From Podarcis tiliguerta (lineage: Eukaryota): a DNA stretch of 64,000 bases. A program made the position numbers and the translations under genes. Of the stretch, positions 51,955-63,305 are shown piece by piece; positions within the stretch are counted from its first letter, which is position 1, and each line of letters begins with the position of its first letter. Location: the NCBI GenBank assembly GCA_965153285.1, contig OZ229111.1, one strand, 5' to 3'. The notes beneath the pieces are model-generated. The model had not been told where the DNA came from and searched no databases. It saw only the letters and a program-made list of their open reading frames with translations.

Positions 51955-52576
51955 GTGAGTGGCTTATATAAAAGATTCAATGTACTGCTGAAGCATAAAT
52001 TCTTGCCTCCTCCCCTCTTCTCCTATCTGCTGGTCAGTTGTGAGAGACTGATGCAATTGCATATTTGAATGATTTCCTCATAATATGTTTGTGGTTGAAA
52101 TGTTTTCTCATTATTAGGCCAATTCATTCCCCCACCCTGTGATGTAGGGTGAGAAATATAAATGGTAGTTCTCCTAGTGTGCCACATTCTACTCCAAATT
52201 AGCAGATAAAGCTTCTTATGGCTTGTGTAGGATCTATAGATAGATGTTCGAACCAGTGTGGTTTGGTTGTGAAGCCTGGCTTGAATCTTACATTTGCCAT
52301 GTCTTCACTGTTTGACCTTGGCCAAGTTAATAGCTATGAGCTTCAGCTCTCCATCTCTAAATTAGAATAGTGTGACCTACCTCACAAGGCTGTTGAGAGG
52401 GGAAACATAAACAAGTTCTGTGATGGCATACAAAAATTTCAGTGTGGATATGGGAAAGCTTCACTTGCTAAATGTCTGCATATCAGGCAGATATCAAGCA
52501 TAATAACCTTTTCAGAATTTTTTTGAAGTGTCTTCTAATGTTAAATTTATTTTCCCTTCCTCCCTATTCCTAATAG

Positions 52577-52642
52577 GTGGAATGTATCATGGTGATCTGA
52601 CTGAGAAGCTAAAACTTCTTTACAAACTACACCTACCTCCAG
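52577..52642 (+). CDS. TBC1D9B: TBC1D9B exon 17
   Basis: SGMYHGDLTEKLKLLYKLHLPP; 66 nt. Confidence 0.95.
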
Positions 52643-53345
52643 GTGAACCACTTATTTCTTTCAAATGTACATTAGTGGTACCTGAATGCTGCAACCTGTT
52701 AAAGTTGGTAATAGGTTCTTTCAAAAACATTATGTCTTGGTAAGCTTTCAGTATTCTGTGTTCACTGAGGTTTCATTTTCCTAAGGTCTATACCAATTGG
52801 AAATGTAATTCTGGTTTATCATGACCAGCCCCTTCAGCTACATTGAGAAATGATTTTAAAATAACTTACAAGAGCTAAAGGTTTTAATTCACTTCACTGG
52901 TGTGGTTTAATCAATGAAATTAATATCTGGCCCAAGAGTTTGGGGGTCATGCGGAGTACACCTCCCTGTGCCAGTACACTTCTCCCTGTGTACACTTCTC
53001 CCTGTGCCAGTTCAGTGGCTTATCTGACTAGCCTTTTAAGTTTGGGCCAGTGCTTTGGGATATTTTCTCTGTGATTCTTCATTGCAGCCCTTCCTGTATG
53101 TGTCATCTCTTCTCCTGACTTTAAGAAACTTGGGTTAGGCTTACTGAAATGAGAAGAGCAGGAAAGGTGACCTGAATATTATTTAGAAATTGCTGTCATG
53201 TTAATCTGCCTATTGAAGAACTTGAATACTTGTGTCCATATATAGCACAGGTCAGATTTGAATTTAACGATAAACAATAGTCTGTCATTGCATACATGAG
53301 CTTCTCAAGCATTAAATCACATTTTGCTGTTAAGTCCAAACCTTA

Positions 53346-53637
53346 GGTAAAGGTAAAAGTAAAGGGACCCCTCACCATTAGGTCCAGTCGTGGCCGACTC
53401 TGGGGTTGCGGCGCTCATCTCGCTTTATTGGCCAAGGGAGCCAGCGTACAGCTTCCAGGTCATGTGGCCAGCATGACTAAGGTGCTTCTGGCGAACCAGA
53501 GCAGCACACGGAAATGCCGTTTACCTTCCCGCTGGAGTGGTACCTATTTATTTACTTCCGCGGGGATTCGAACCGCCGACCTTCTGATCGGCAAGTCCTA
53601 GGCTCTGTGGTTCAACCCACAGCGCCACCCACGTCCC
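53346..53637 (-). mobile_element. Sauria SINE with an internal deletion of about 70 bp
   Basis: Same ends as 41809-42170; the segment between TATTTATTTACTT and CGGGGATTCGAACC is missing. Confidence 0.88.
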
Positions 53638-53925
53638 ATAGTCCAGGAAAAAGCTTTTTTCATAAAACATGGCTTGAAGATGGCTAGTTCATACAACTAC
53701 AGTTTTAGGTTCAGACATACAGCTAACTGTAGTTTGTGAAAAATGGATGTAAAAGCTTTGAGTCTCCTCATGTGGCCACACTGGAGTGGAGTGGGGAAGC
53801 ACACAAGCCCAAGGCTAGCTTAGGCTTTTTATTGTTTGTAAGCTACCTTAAATTCTTCAAATAAAGCAGGGAATAAATAAAATAAATAAAAGGCCATGGC
53901 TTTATATTTTTCTTTCTTTGTACAG

Positions 53926-53997
53926 CTCTGAGCCCAGAGGAAGCAGAGTCTGCTCTGGAGGCCGCACGTTACTTCACAGAAGATAATGCTACAGAAG
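53926..53997 (+). CDS. TBC1D9B: TBC1D9B exon 18
   Basis: ALSPEEAESALEAARYFTEDNATE; 72 nt. Confidence 0.94.
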
Positions 53998-54358
53998 GTA
54001 ACAGGGATTGGTCTAATCTGATTGTAGGAATGAATACTCAATGCTGACTTTCTTAGCTATTTCTCTAAGCAGGATTGTGTCAATGAAATGCTTTAGCCTC
54101 TGTTGTGGACTGTGAAGAGATGTTCTCCTTTTATATGAAGCATTGACTGGCTGCTACTAGGGAAGACTAAAACCACTTATCATATGGCTTTTTCTGCCCA
54201 GGCTGTTGCTCAAATCTTGTTTCCATTTTTGTTTCCCCACTTGTTTCTGTTGCTCTGTATTTTAACTCTCTCTCGTTCTATCTTGAATTTATTCCCTGAC
54301 CTCAACCCCCCTTCCTCTTTTTTCTCTCTCTCTTTCTCTCTTCTCTTTGCTTCTCTAG

Positions 54359-54409
54359 TATCTCCCTTTGTCTCAGAACTGGATCTCTTCCTGCATTGTG
54401 ATTCTCAAG
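54359..54409 (+). CDS. TBC1D9B: TBC1D9B exon 19 (51 nt, symmetric, probable cassette exon)
   Basis: VSPFVSELDLFLHCDSQ, similar to the recalled human ASPLASDLDLFLPWEAQ; phase 1/1; gttagt donor. Confidence 0.85.
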
Positions 54410-54621
54410 GTTAGTCTGCCCCCCCCCCCCCCTTGCAGAGGTGGGCCACTACTGATGTACTAAAATTGACCTGCCTACTATGTGAATGAAAGCTCATTTA
54501 AAATGGAATTGCTCTAGTGCTGCTCTTCAGTGCATGGCAGCAGAGTGGATACTCTATGGGTGAGTCGTTTGTGTGTCCAAGAAATCAACCAGTGGCCTGT
54601 GCTGCACGGTGTTAGACTCCA

Positions 54622-55170
54622 CGTGAAGGAGCAGTCTGGTACAACAGTCTGGGGGGTCCTTCTGAGTCAAGCTTTGTCAGTGGTTGTTGAGCCATTGTGA
54701 ACTTCAAGATTGGATTACTGCAGTGCACTTTGTTTGGGGCTCCCCTTCCAGCTGGTCTAGAAGCTGCAATTAGTGCAGAATACTGCAGCATAATTGCTGA
54801 CAGAGTGAGCTCGTCTGCTCAAAGACCAGCACGGGCCATCAATTTGCTACCAGACCAAAATCAAGGTCTTAATTTTATTGGCATACAAAGGCCATAAGAG
54901 CTTTGGCAACCCTTTATTTGGAAATCTCCTTGTCCTTTCCCTACATGTTTGACCACTTGGCTGTGGTCTGTGCTAGAGAACTCACCCCCTGTTAACATTA
55001 GGCAGGCACCTACACATTGTTTCAGATGCCTTAAAAAAATAGTTTAGGAAGCCTATCCAGACATATGATTTAGTTATGCATACTTGTTTTTAAATTTTGC
55101 TGCTTTTATTTGTATATTGATGATTGTTTTATGTATACTGCTTAAGGATTTTTTGATTAATAGTTTATAA
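54622..55170 (+). mobile_element. Decayed L2-clade LINE 3' fragment
   Basis: AGATTGGATTACTGCAGTGCACT..GGGGCTCCCC..AGAAGCTGCAATTAGTGCAGAAT (remnant of RLDYC..LP..KLQLVQN). Confidence 0.6.
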
Positions 55171-55176
55171 TTTCAA

Positions 55177-55211
<35 letters not shown>
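55177..55211. repeat. (ATAG)n microsatellite
   Basis: Read directly. Confidence 0.9.
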
Positions 55212-56318
55212 TCATAGATTAAGCTACCTAGCTGTCACCATAACAAGCGTGCTTTATTTTCTTAATCTATGATCAGTTCCTCTAACTCCATATATACCAC
55301 ATTCACTGCACAGATTTTTGACCTAGAAAAGGCACAATGTCTGATAATTAAGATTCATTCCTCAAATGAAGTTGTTTATCTATAGCACTGGTTATCTTTT
55401 TTCCTATTTCTTCTAACACTTTAAGCAGTGAGTATCATCTTATGGCCATGAATCTCAAGTTATTGTGTTTTATGTGCAGAAATATTAACTTTATTTGCCC
55501 TTAGCAAGTTATCAACGAATTTCATTTAACCTTTAGTTCCAGTAGTTGGAGGAACAGAGAAACAAATTTCTCTTAATTCACACTCACTCCACATATTTTA
55601 TAACTTTACAATCCAGTAGTCTGTTGTGTCTCACTGTAGTCATTTTCTAAATTAAAAAACCATGTTGCTGCTAGCTCCAAATAACTGATATATTCTTATG
55701 ACATTTTTTGTCAGATTTCTACCATTGCAGATGAGTTAAACTGAAATATTTTAAAATAAAATATTTTGTTTGTTTGTTTGAGCATATGTTTTTACCATCA
55801 ATTGCTTCCTCCCCCCGCCCCCCAGCAGTACAGGATCAAAGGTGTTTGGGTGTGTAAATTAGAATTCATTGGGAGGTTTTTCCCCAGCTGGCAGACATAT
55901 TGGTCAATAATTTGAAAGCTTATTCAAATGCCTCAGTCATGCTGTTTACCTTATTTAAAATTTTATTTTTAAAACACTAGTTTGACATTTATTCAATTTA
56001 ATGTATGTTCATCTCCCCTTTTCATTTTGTTTTTTCGTTGTTGTTTTTTTAAAAAGTAGGATTGGTTTTTAAACTTGAAAAATTGATTTGAGGGCTAAGG
56101 AAAAGGACTTCACAATTTTCTGGCCAATCAGCATTTTGTGCATCTTGGTTCTGTAATAAACATGCTGCTGGTTTCTTCTGAGGTTGATCTATAAGAAAAG
56201 GCTGTGCATCTATATAAAACACAATGAGTGTCCAATGTCTACACACAACAGAGCCATTGCTCAAATTATGGATGCCTCCTTAGCTTTGTTATATATCATT
56301 CAGTGTGTTTGGTATCCT

Positions 56319-56457
56319 GCTGGGATAGCTTAGTCAGTAGTGCATGAGACTCTTAATCTCAAGGTTGTGGGTTTGAGCCCCATGTTGGGCCGAAGATTCC
56401 TGCAGGGGTTGCACTAGATCACCTTTGTGGTCCCTTCCAACTCTACAGTTCTATGAT
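56319..56457 (+). mobile_element. tRNA-Lys(CTT)-derived SINE with CR1-like tail
   Basis: GATAGCTTAGTCAGTAGTGCATGAGACTCTTAATCTCAAGGTTGTGGGTTTGAGCCCCATGTTGGGC resembles tRNA-Lys-CTT; tail GGTCCCTTCCAACTCTACAGTTCTATGAT. Confidence 0.8.
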
Positions 56458-56522
56458 ATTGCTATCTTTTGTTTCATGTACTTCTCTTAAAGTAGTTGCT
56501 ACTTTATTGTCTGTTTTATTAG

Positions 56523-56576
56523 AAGCAGCTATGCAGGAAGAGAAAGCACCAAGAGATGGGAACTCCAAAGACCAAG
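56523..56576 (+). CDS. TBC1D9B: TBC1D9B exon 20
   Basis: EAAMQEEKAPRDGNSKDQ; 54 nt, phase 1/1. The tandem TAG-AAG-CAG acceptor makes the start uncertain by 3-6 nt. Confidence 0.8.
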
Positions 56577-56945
56577 GTAATTCATTATTAATTGAAATGA
56601 CTGACGTATCTCAACATTTCCTTACTGTGACTCATAAATTATCTCTCCCCAGAACCTCAACCTGGTTAGTTTCCTAGTTTTAACATTTCCCTTTAACATA
56701 GGATAAAATGCCTTGATTAAACCAACGTCTTAATAGTCCTTTCAACAGTTTTGTTATGTTTGGTGTGTGTTCCAGGCCTCAGCAGAACTTTTACTTATTT
56801 CTCCCAGTTCGAAGCAGCATATTATGGCAGAAAGTTTAAAAATAAATAAAATAAATCTCAAAATCTATGTCAAGGTCACCAAAGTCAATAAAATGCATCT
56901 TCATACAGTTTTGCGTTGGTTATGCTGATTTGGTTTTCCTTTCAG

Positions 56946-57052
56946 AGGAAAAGGGCACCAGTCCCCAAGATTACAGATATCACCTGCGAATTTGGGCCAA
57001 GGAAAAAGATTCCAAAAAAGAAACTATCAAAGATCTACCTAAAATGAGTCAG
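56946..57052 (+). CDS. TBC1D9B: TBC1D9B exon 21
   Basis: EEKGTSPQDYRYHLRIWAKEKDSKKETIKDLPKMSQ; 107 nt. Confidence 0.95.
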
Positions 57053-57780
57053 GTAGGAATTTATTTTAAGATCTGTTATGCTTTTTAAGATGAATTTCTG
57101 AAATAGTATTTGCCTAGATTTAAGATACTGAATGAGCCAGAAGGGTTGGTTGTTTTATCATTGTATCATATTTTACCAGGCAATAAAGGTGAGCTGTTCT
57201 AAGACTAGCATGGGTGACATCCTCATGAAGGGTTGTGTTCAAGGATAAAATGCAAAGAAACAGAGAAGAAGACCATGTCTGCTTTGGCCAAGACAGGGAG
57301 CTCCTGGTACCCCATCACCATCACTCTTTTGCTGAGAGAAATGCCTCTGGATGGTGCAGCTCAGGGACATTCTAGGGAAAGAAAGAGGGTGGGGTGGCTG
57401 GGGGCCTGCGTTTCATTTTCTGCCTGCTTCAGCACCACCCAAGGAGGAATTGTCTGCTACTGTCATTACACCTCTTCAGGAGCAGACAGGTGGAAATGGG
57501 ATTTCCCCAACCCTTAGAAATGTGGAGTTTAGCTCAGTGAACTTAGTAACATTTAAAAGACAGCTAATTTTGGTTCTTTGCATTCAGTTTTCATATATGA
57601 AACATTAGTGCACATCTCAAGTGGAAATGCATTACGTTTCGGAACATTTTCTGTGTTGTCAGCATGATTGTTAGCTTGAGATGATAGAAAAATGTGTATT
57701 TGAATTTGTGACTGGTAAGCTTGTTGTTTTGCACCTAAACTCTAAGCAGTTGTTATAATGTGCATCTGTCTCTTTTCAAG

Positions 57781-58473
57781 GAGCAATTTATAGAGCTCTG
57801 CAAGACCCTTTACAATATGTTCAGTGAAGACCCCGTGGAGCAAGAGCTGTACCATGCCATTGCCACCGTTGCCAGCCTTCTCCTGCGCATTGGGGAGGTA
57901 GGCAAAAAGTTCTCCCACCAGCCTGCTAAGAAAGCTGATGACTTAAAAGCAAACAGCGTTCAGGACCCAGTAAGTGAAGAAGAGTCTCCAACATCTGACC
58001 AGAGTCAGAATTCAACTGTGGAGCAGTATTCCCAAGCTACTCCAGAAGAAAAAGCTTCTGGAGACATTCAGGTTGAGAAACAGCAACAGGAAAACCAGAT
58101 TTTGGTAGATGGAGGTGGTGAGGGTCCAGGATCTCCAATACAGCTGTTTTCAGATGATGAAACGAAAGACGATATGTCCATGTCTTCATACTCCATGGTC
58201 AGCACAGGCTCTCTGCAGTGCGAAGATATTGCAGACGATACAGTGCTGGTCGGATGTGAGGCTGGCAGTTCAGCTGCGCGATATGGCAGTACCATTGACA
58301 CAGACTGGTCCATTTCCTTTGAACAGATCTTGGCCTCCATGCTTACAGAGACAGTACTGGTAAACTACTTTGAGAAGAAAGTTGACGTTGCACAGAAGAT
58401 CAAGGAACAAAAGAAAGTGGAGAGGCAGTTCAGTGCATCCAGTGATTATGAACTTACCTCAGTATCAGGCTGA
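57781..58473 (+). CDS. TBC1D9B: TBC1D9B exon 22 (last coding exon)
   Basis: EQFIELCKTLYNMFSEDP...DWSISFEQILASMLTE...SVSG*; lies within ORF 57760..58473. Confidence 0.96.
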   Translation, partial: EQFIELCKTLYNMFSEDPVEQELYHAIATVASLLLRIGEVGKKFSHQPAKKADDLKANSVQDPVSEEESPTSDQSQNSTVEQYSQATPEEKASGDIQVEKQQQENQILVDGGGEGPGSPIQLFSDDETKDDMSMSSYSMVSTGSLQCEDIADDTVLVGCEAGSSAARYGSTIDTDWSISFEQILASMLTETVLVNYFEKKVDVAQKIKEQKKVERQFSASSDYELTSVSG

Positions 58474-60222
58474 ACTCAAGAGATAGATGTAAATAATAGA
58501 GGCAGGAGAACTAGAAACCTGGCAGATAGCTGGACACTTGTTTTTTTGTTTTTTACCAACACCTACAGCTACCCAACAATTAAAGTCACTTCAGCTGAGT
58601 AAGGGACTTATCACAATGACTCTTTGGTATAGATACCTCCCTGGAGGACACCTTGCTTGCTGTGCTTACATTACATTCTCAAAAGCATGAAAGCCATTAG
58701 AACCTAATAGCCTCTGTGGCCTAGAATTACTATGGTAAATTATGCATGTGTGCCTCTGCCTATCTTTCTTTAATGAAGCTTGATTTCAGTCACACTATTG
58801 CTTTAGGTTCCTTGGTAGTTGCTCACAAGAAATGCAGCCTAGCTTGAATTCCTTCCTCTGTATCTTTGGCTGCCTCCCTGTGACCTTAACGCCATGTATC
58901 AAAATGCTGTAGAGATCCCCAGCCTGCCTGAGAGAGCCTTGTTAGGAACCTAGAAGCTACGCAGTAACTAGTCAGAGGTAAAGGATGTTATGCTCTGTTA
59001 CGCCTGGCATCCTGCCGCTAGAATGTACCAGTGTCTTGGGACAGCTGGTTTCTATCCCAGATGATATACCATCACAGTAGCATGTGGTTTTCAACACTGC
59101 CCAAGAAAGATGCATATTAATATGTTTTAGCCCAGTTTTAACTCTTCAGTGCCATGTAATTTTTTTGTTTTTTGTTGTTTTAATTTCCCTGCGAGGGGAA
59201 AAAGCAACACTGAAAATTGCAAAAGCTATGGAGACTGGAGAGGGCGAAGTGAATGCAGAAATCCTGAGAATTGACACTGATAAGAACGGAATTCTTGGTG
59301 CTTTGGGGCATTAGAGTGTTTACTTCATAATTTTTAATGGTACAAGGGCTCGGAAATGTGGGGTTTGAAGAAGTTAATAATAACATGGAAGATCTAAGCC
59401 CCTACACCAGTAAGCTAGTTATCATAAAAGACTTGCATCACTGAACAGGCTGCTTATCTGATCTGTTTCTCACCATGGTGGAAAGTGGATCTACTGCTTT
59501 TGTGTGTGTGCTGGGCTCAGGTAATGCAAGTGTGTACACAGTTTAGGACTAAACAGAAAGCAGAGATTAGTCCAGTTTATCTGAACCAACTAACGTACTG
59601 GCTACATGCTGGTCCAGAAGTTCCACACCATAGGAATCCTGCTGGTTGTACCCTCCAAACAGTGTCTGTTACCTACTTTATAATGTTGTGTGGTGTTTAG
59701 ACAACCTTCTTTTCCGGCGGCATAGAGTGCGGTTATGAGATCTGTGCTCTGAGAATCAGTTGTAGGCCTGAGGGAAAACTGGAGCTCCATTTTGGGATTG
59801 ATAACTTCCCTATGGGAAGGCATTCACTCTAAAGAAGCACTATTATATTTGTTTATATTTGTATACCTGCTCATCTCATTGCATAATTATTTTACTCAAT
59901 CATATGAGCACCATTGAAACAGTGTGAATGCTAGTGTGTGGCTGTTGTTGGACCAGTGATGAATATGGAACATACTGGCAGTTCAGAAAGAGCAAGAGTG
60001 ACCTTGGAATATACAAGGAATACACCACATAGTGCAATACCCAGTGTTACTACAATTTTGTGGCGTACTCTGTATGTATTCACAACCAGTATTTGTTTTA
60101 AGACTGTCTTCTTAGCCATGCACCTGGAGAGCTTTTACTAATTCAGTAATTTATTGTAATTTTTTTAAAAAAACAAATACATGTGATTTTACATTGGTTT
60201 TTGTCTGATCAATCATGTATTC

Positions 60223-60228
60223 AATAAA
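60223..60228 (+). terminator. Likely TBC1D9B polyadenylation signal (second AATAAA at 60412-60417)
   Basis: AATAAA after a 3' UTR of about 1.75 kb, followed by a T-rich downstream element. Confidence 0.6.
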
Positions 60229-60435
60229 TGAACAGAATCACACATAAGACTTCTTTTCCCTTTATTTCAACTTCAGGACCATTTTTTAAAAAAATGCCTG
60301 TTCTCTTCCACAGTTCTTCATTTTTTCATATGCATAACAATGGCCTTTGGGAAGAATACGTGAAATGAATAGCCATGTGAAGTAATTTTTAAGTTTTCTT
60401 GTGTGTGTAGAAATAAAACTTGCAAGCTATTGAAG

Positions 60436-60561
60436 CAGGGCTTTTTTTCAACTGGAACTCAGTTCCGGCACCACTCAATTGGGTGCCATTGCCATTATAA
60501 GAGAATGAGGGAGGTTTTCATGTTGAGTTTTGGCACCTCTTTTTCTAGAAAAATAGCACTG
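60436..60561. mobile_element. Short hAT-like MITE
   Basis: CAGGGCTTTTTT / AAAAATAGCACTG ends; flanks TATTGAAG / TAATGAAG (7 of 8 match). Confidence 0.65.
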
Positions 60562-61189
60562 TAATGAAGACCTTGAGTATGTTTAATGACATTGAATCAT
60601 CATGACTCTAGGAATTGCTTGTAACTGGCTACTACACGCATCCCTTCACTTGATGACTGCAGCATCAAGTGATGAGTTTACTGCAGAAATGGGCTTCTAG
60701 ACATAACATTCTGATACCATCTCAAATGCAAAAAGTTTCAGCAGAACCAGCTGATACATGCAGCTACCATTCATCAAATGTACAGTAATGAACATATGTA
60801 AGCCTATAAAGCAGAGATCTTACAGAAATAGTGCCAGCCTCACAAACTGGGATGTAAAGAAATGTCAAATCTTCACTTTGCCCACTAGATGGCATATAAA
60901 CAAAGTAAAAAGGATGCATGAATCAGTTGCTCTGATAAACTGGAGGGGAATGGGGAAAACGGGGGACCGGCTACCTGGGTATAAAGTCTACAGGAAGGAT
61001 AATTGTCATAAGCCACTCTTAGCCTCCTGACCCACCCCATCTCTCAGCCTCGTCCCTCCCACCCGCAAAATGAGGATAATAAAACTCATTTTTGTTCAGT
61101 CGATTAGTCGTGTCTGACTCGTCATTACTACTTAATTAACCCTGGATTTCTCGCTGCCTCCTGCACACAGCTGTTTTGCTTTTCATCAC

Positions 61190-61680
61190 CCCCCAAACGC
61201 CGCCGGAGGGTTCAAAGGTAACCAGGAAATTCACTCCGCGGGCAAAGCAACTCTGCCTCTCGAGGGGAGCCCTTAGTTAATGGAGGAACCTCGTCCCCGC
61301 CCATCCTATTAGATCATGCACGAGGCCAATGAAAAGCCGTAGGAAATTGGGGGAGGAGGAGCTTATCTGCGCATCGTGCGCCATTTCCCGCCAAATGTTT
61401 GGGCTTAAGGGGAGCCTAAGCGGGAAATGCGCTGCTGCTGAGGCGCTTGCCAGTCCCTCTCGCCCCCTGGGAGAGATGGAAGGTGGGTGTTTTTCCTCTC
61501 CCACGCGAGTGAAGAAGCTGCGCTGACTGAGAGCAGTGTCCCTGATGGCTCAGCAGTTTCAGGTGCTGAGGTGCTGCTTCTGCAACGTCTTCCAAGTCCA
61601 GCAGGTGGGGCCGCGGGGGAGCGGGACCTGCCGGCTGGAGCGCGCGGGCTATTTGAACCCGAGCTCTGCCCTCCTCCTCA
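61190..61680. promoter_or_regulatory. CpG island and promoter of MRNIP
   Basis: CpG-rich; GC box 61295-61302, CCAAT 61326-61330, TTTCCCGCCAAA 61384-61395, GCGGGAAA 61420-61427. Confidence 0.8.
61545..61604 (+). CDS. MRNIP: MRNIP (MRN complex-interacting protein, C5orf45) coding exon 1
   Basis: MAQQFQVLRCCFCNVFQVQQ matches the recalled N-terminal VLRCCxCxxFQ zinc-ribbon motif; gtgggg donor; synteny with TBC1D9B. Confidence 0.9.
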
Positions 61681-61843
61681 GAACAGATGAGTTGTAGAAT
61701 TGGAAGGGACCCCCAAGGGTCATCTAGTCCCGTGCAGGACGCTAAAAGTAAATTTGAAAGGTGGTCAAAAGACATACGTAAGTTGAGGTCTTACAAGCTG
61801 GCTTTGCCTTCAGGGCAAACTTGGGCATTTCCATCACTACAGT

Positions 61844-62023
61844 CAGTGCTTTTCCCCCCTTTAAAATAAAACACGTCTAGGGGTACTCTCACTTTGACTC
61901 AAGAAAATCACCATTTTATAGTTCAAATCGGGGAAAATAAATACAGTGAATGGACAAAAGTACAAAGATTCGCAATATGTTTAGGGGTATGTGTACCCCT
62001 GCATCCCCCCCCCCAAAGCACTG
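61844..62023. mobile_element. hAT-like MITE in MRNIP intron 1
   Basis: CAGTGCTTT / AAAGCACTG inverted ends; perfect 8-bp target-site duplication ACTACAGT. Confidence 0.85.
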
Positions 62024-62223
62024 ACTACAGTTACACAAAGGTTGTTGCTACAGGTCTGAATGTCTGAAATGGACCAAAATGTATACTGTACCAAGGGGGA
62101 GGGGGGTGTTACCCTTTCTTAGAGACCAGTGGTCTTTATTGATGAATTAAGTAAATATAGTACTAAAAACCAGCATCTATTGGGGTACTATCAAATCATT
62201 GTGCATCCCTCACTGGCTGCAGC

Positions 62224-62590
62224 AAGTGTTCCCAAACTGGTCAACAGGCCACCTGTGGTCCATGAGCTTCATTTAGGTGGTCTGTGGTGTCTCTGGATTT
62301 GTGTTTGAAGATGAGAAATGGCACATCCATTTTATATACTCGCATTGTTTTTTAATTGTATTTATTTTGCTTCTGTATATTGTATTTTATTGTATTATAA
62401 TTTGAATTCTATGGTGATACAGTAACACATGAAATAGGAAATAAAAGAAGCAATAAAAATACAATTAAAAATCATACAGCATTTAGCGCAGCACATTACC
62501 AATTGCTGCAACAGGCAGAAACATTAATTGGCCTGCCAATTTTCTACAATTTTCAATTGGTCCACGTGGAAGAAAGCCTGGCAACCAGTG
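62224..62590. mobile_element. Degenerate hAT-like MITE
   Basis: AGTGTTCCCAAACT start; shares blocks with 24740-25068. Confidence 0.6.
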
Positions 62591-63305
62591 GGCTTGAAAC
62601 TCCTTTTTTTATTATTTGCCATTCCATGTACGGTACTTTGACTTGAACCAGCTGCAGCTATTTATTCTGCCACTGTGCCATTCTGCAGTGCTCCTGCTCC
62701 CTGGTCAAAGCATGAGTGGAGCAACTTTTCTTCTGTCAAAGGCCACATTACCTTGGACGGGATACGCCAGGGGCCACATGTTAGCAGTGGATTGGGCAAA
62801 AAGAGACAGTATTATTCTGGATGTGTTTTCCAGAATAAAGATAGTCTTGCTTCAGTTTTAACTGTGGCCAAAATTAAGGAGGAAACAAGCAGGAAGGAAC
62901 AAATGCTGATTGGATGGAAGAATGGAGCAGCTTTGGGAGGCACTTGGGGCTGCATAAAATGTAATGCGTGCAAGGCAGTCAGATGTGGCTTATAGCAGAC
63001 TGTAGCCTGCATTGCACATGCCCCAATCTGTAGAATGGTCACTGTTGCACTTCGTCTTTAAAGAGTTGTGATTCCTTTGGCCATTAAATCTATGGATTGG
63101 TGAAGAGTTCAAATGATGGTGCACAATTCTGATATACTTTTTTTTTATTAGGTAATACAAAAGAATACTAAGGGAAAAAAGGAACAGAAAACCTACAATA
63201 AACAACTCTGATATATGTATAAGTGCACAGTATACACTCTGATCATAGACCTGTTCTTGAGCCACTTAAAATACACACTTGGCTTTTACTGAAAATCAAT
63301 GAATA

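Larger units (their letters stand above)
28033..58473 (+). other. TBC1D9B: TBC1D9B gene, complete CDS in 22 exons (3768 nt, 1255 aa; GRAM x2, Rab-GAP TBC, EF-hand)
   Basis: Starts [24 protein letters not shown] and ends KKVERQFSASSDYELTSVSG*. Exon lengths sum to a multiple of 3 with consistent phases. Flanked by RNF130 and MRNIP as in human. Confidence 0.96.

Noticed and set aside
56319-56392. Functional tRNA-Lys gene
   Set aside because: The D- and T-arms are mutated (GTTTGA instead of GTTCGA), and it is fused to a CR1-like tail, so it is a SINE.
28033-58473. Assignment as paralogue TBC1D9, TBC1D8 or TBC1D8B
   Set aside because: The N-terminus ([13 protein letters not shown]), the C-terminus (VERQFS..SD....VSG) and RNF130/MRNIP synteny all fit TBC1D9B.
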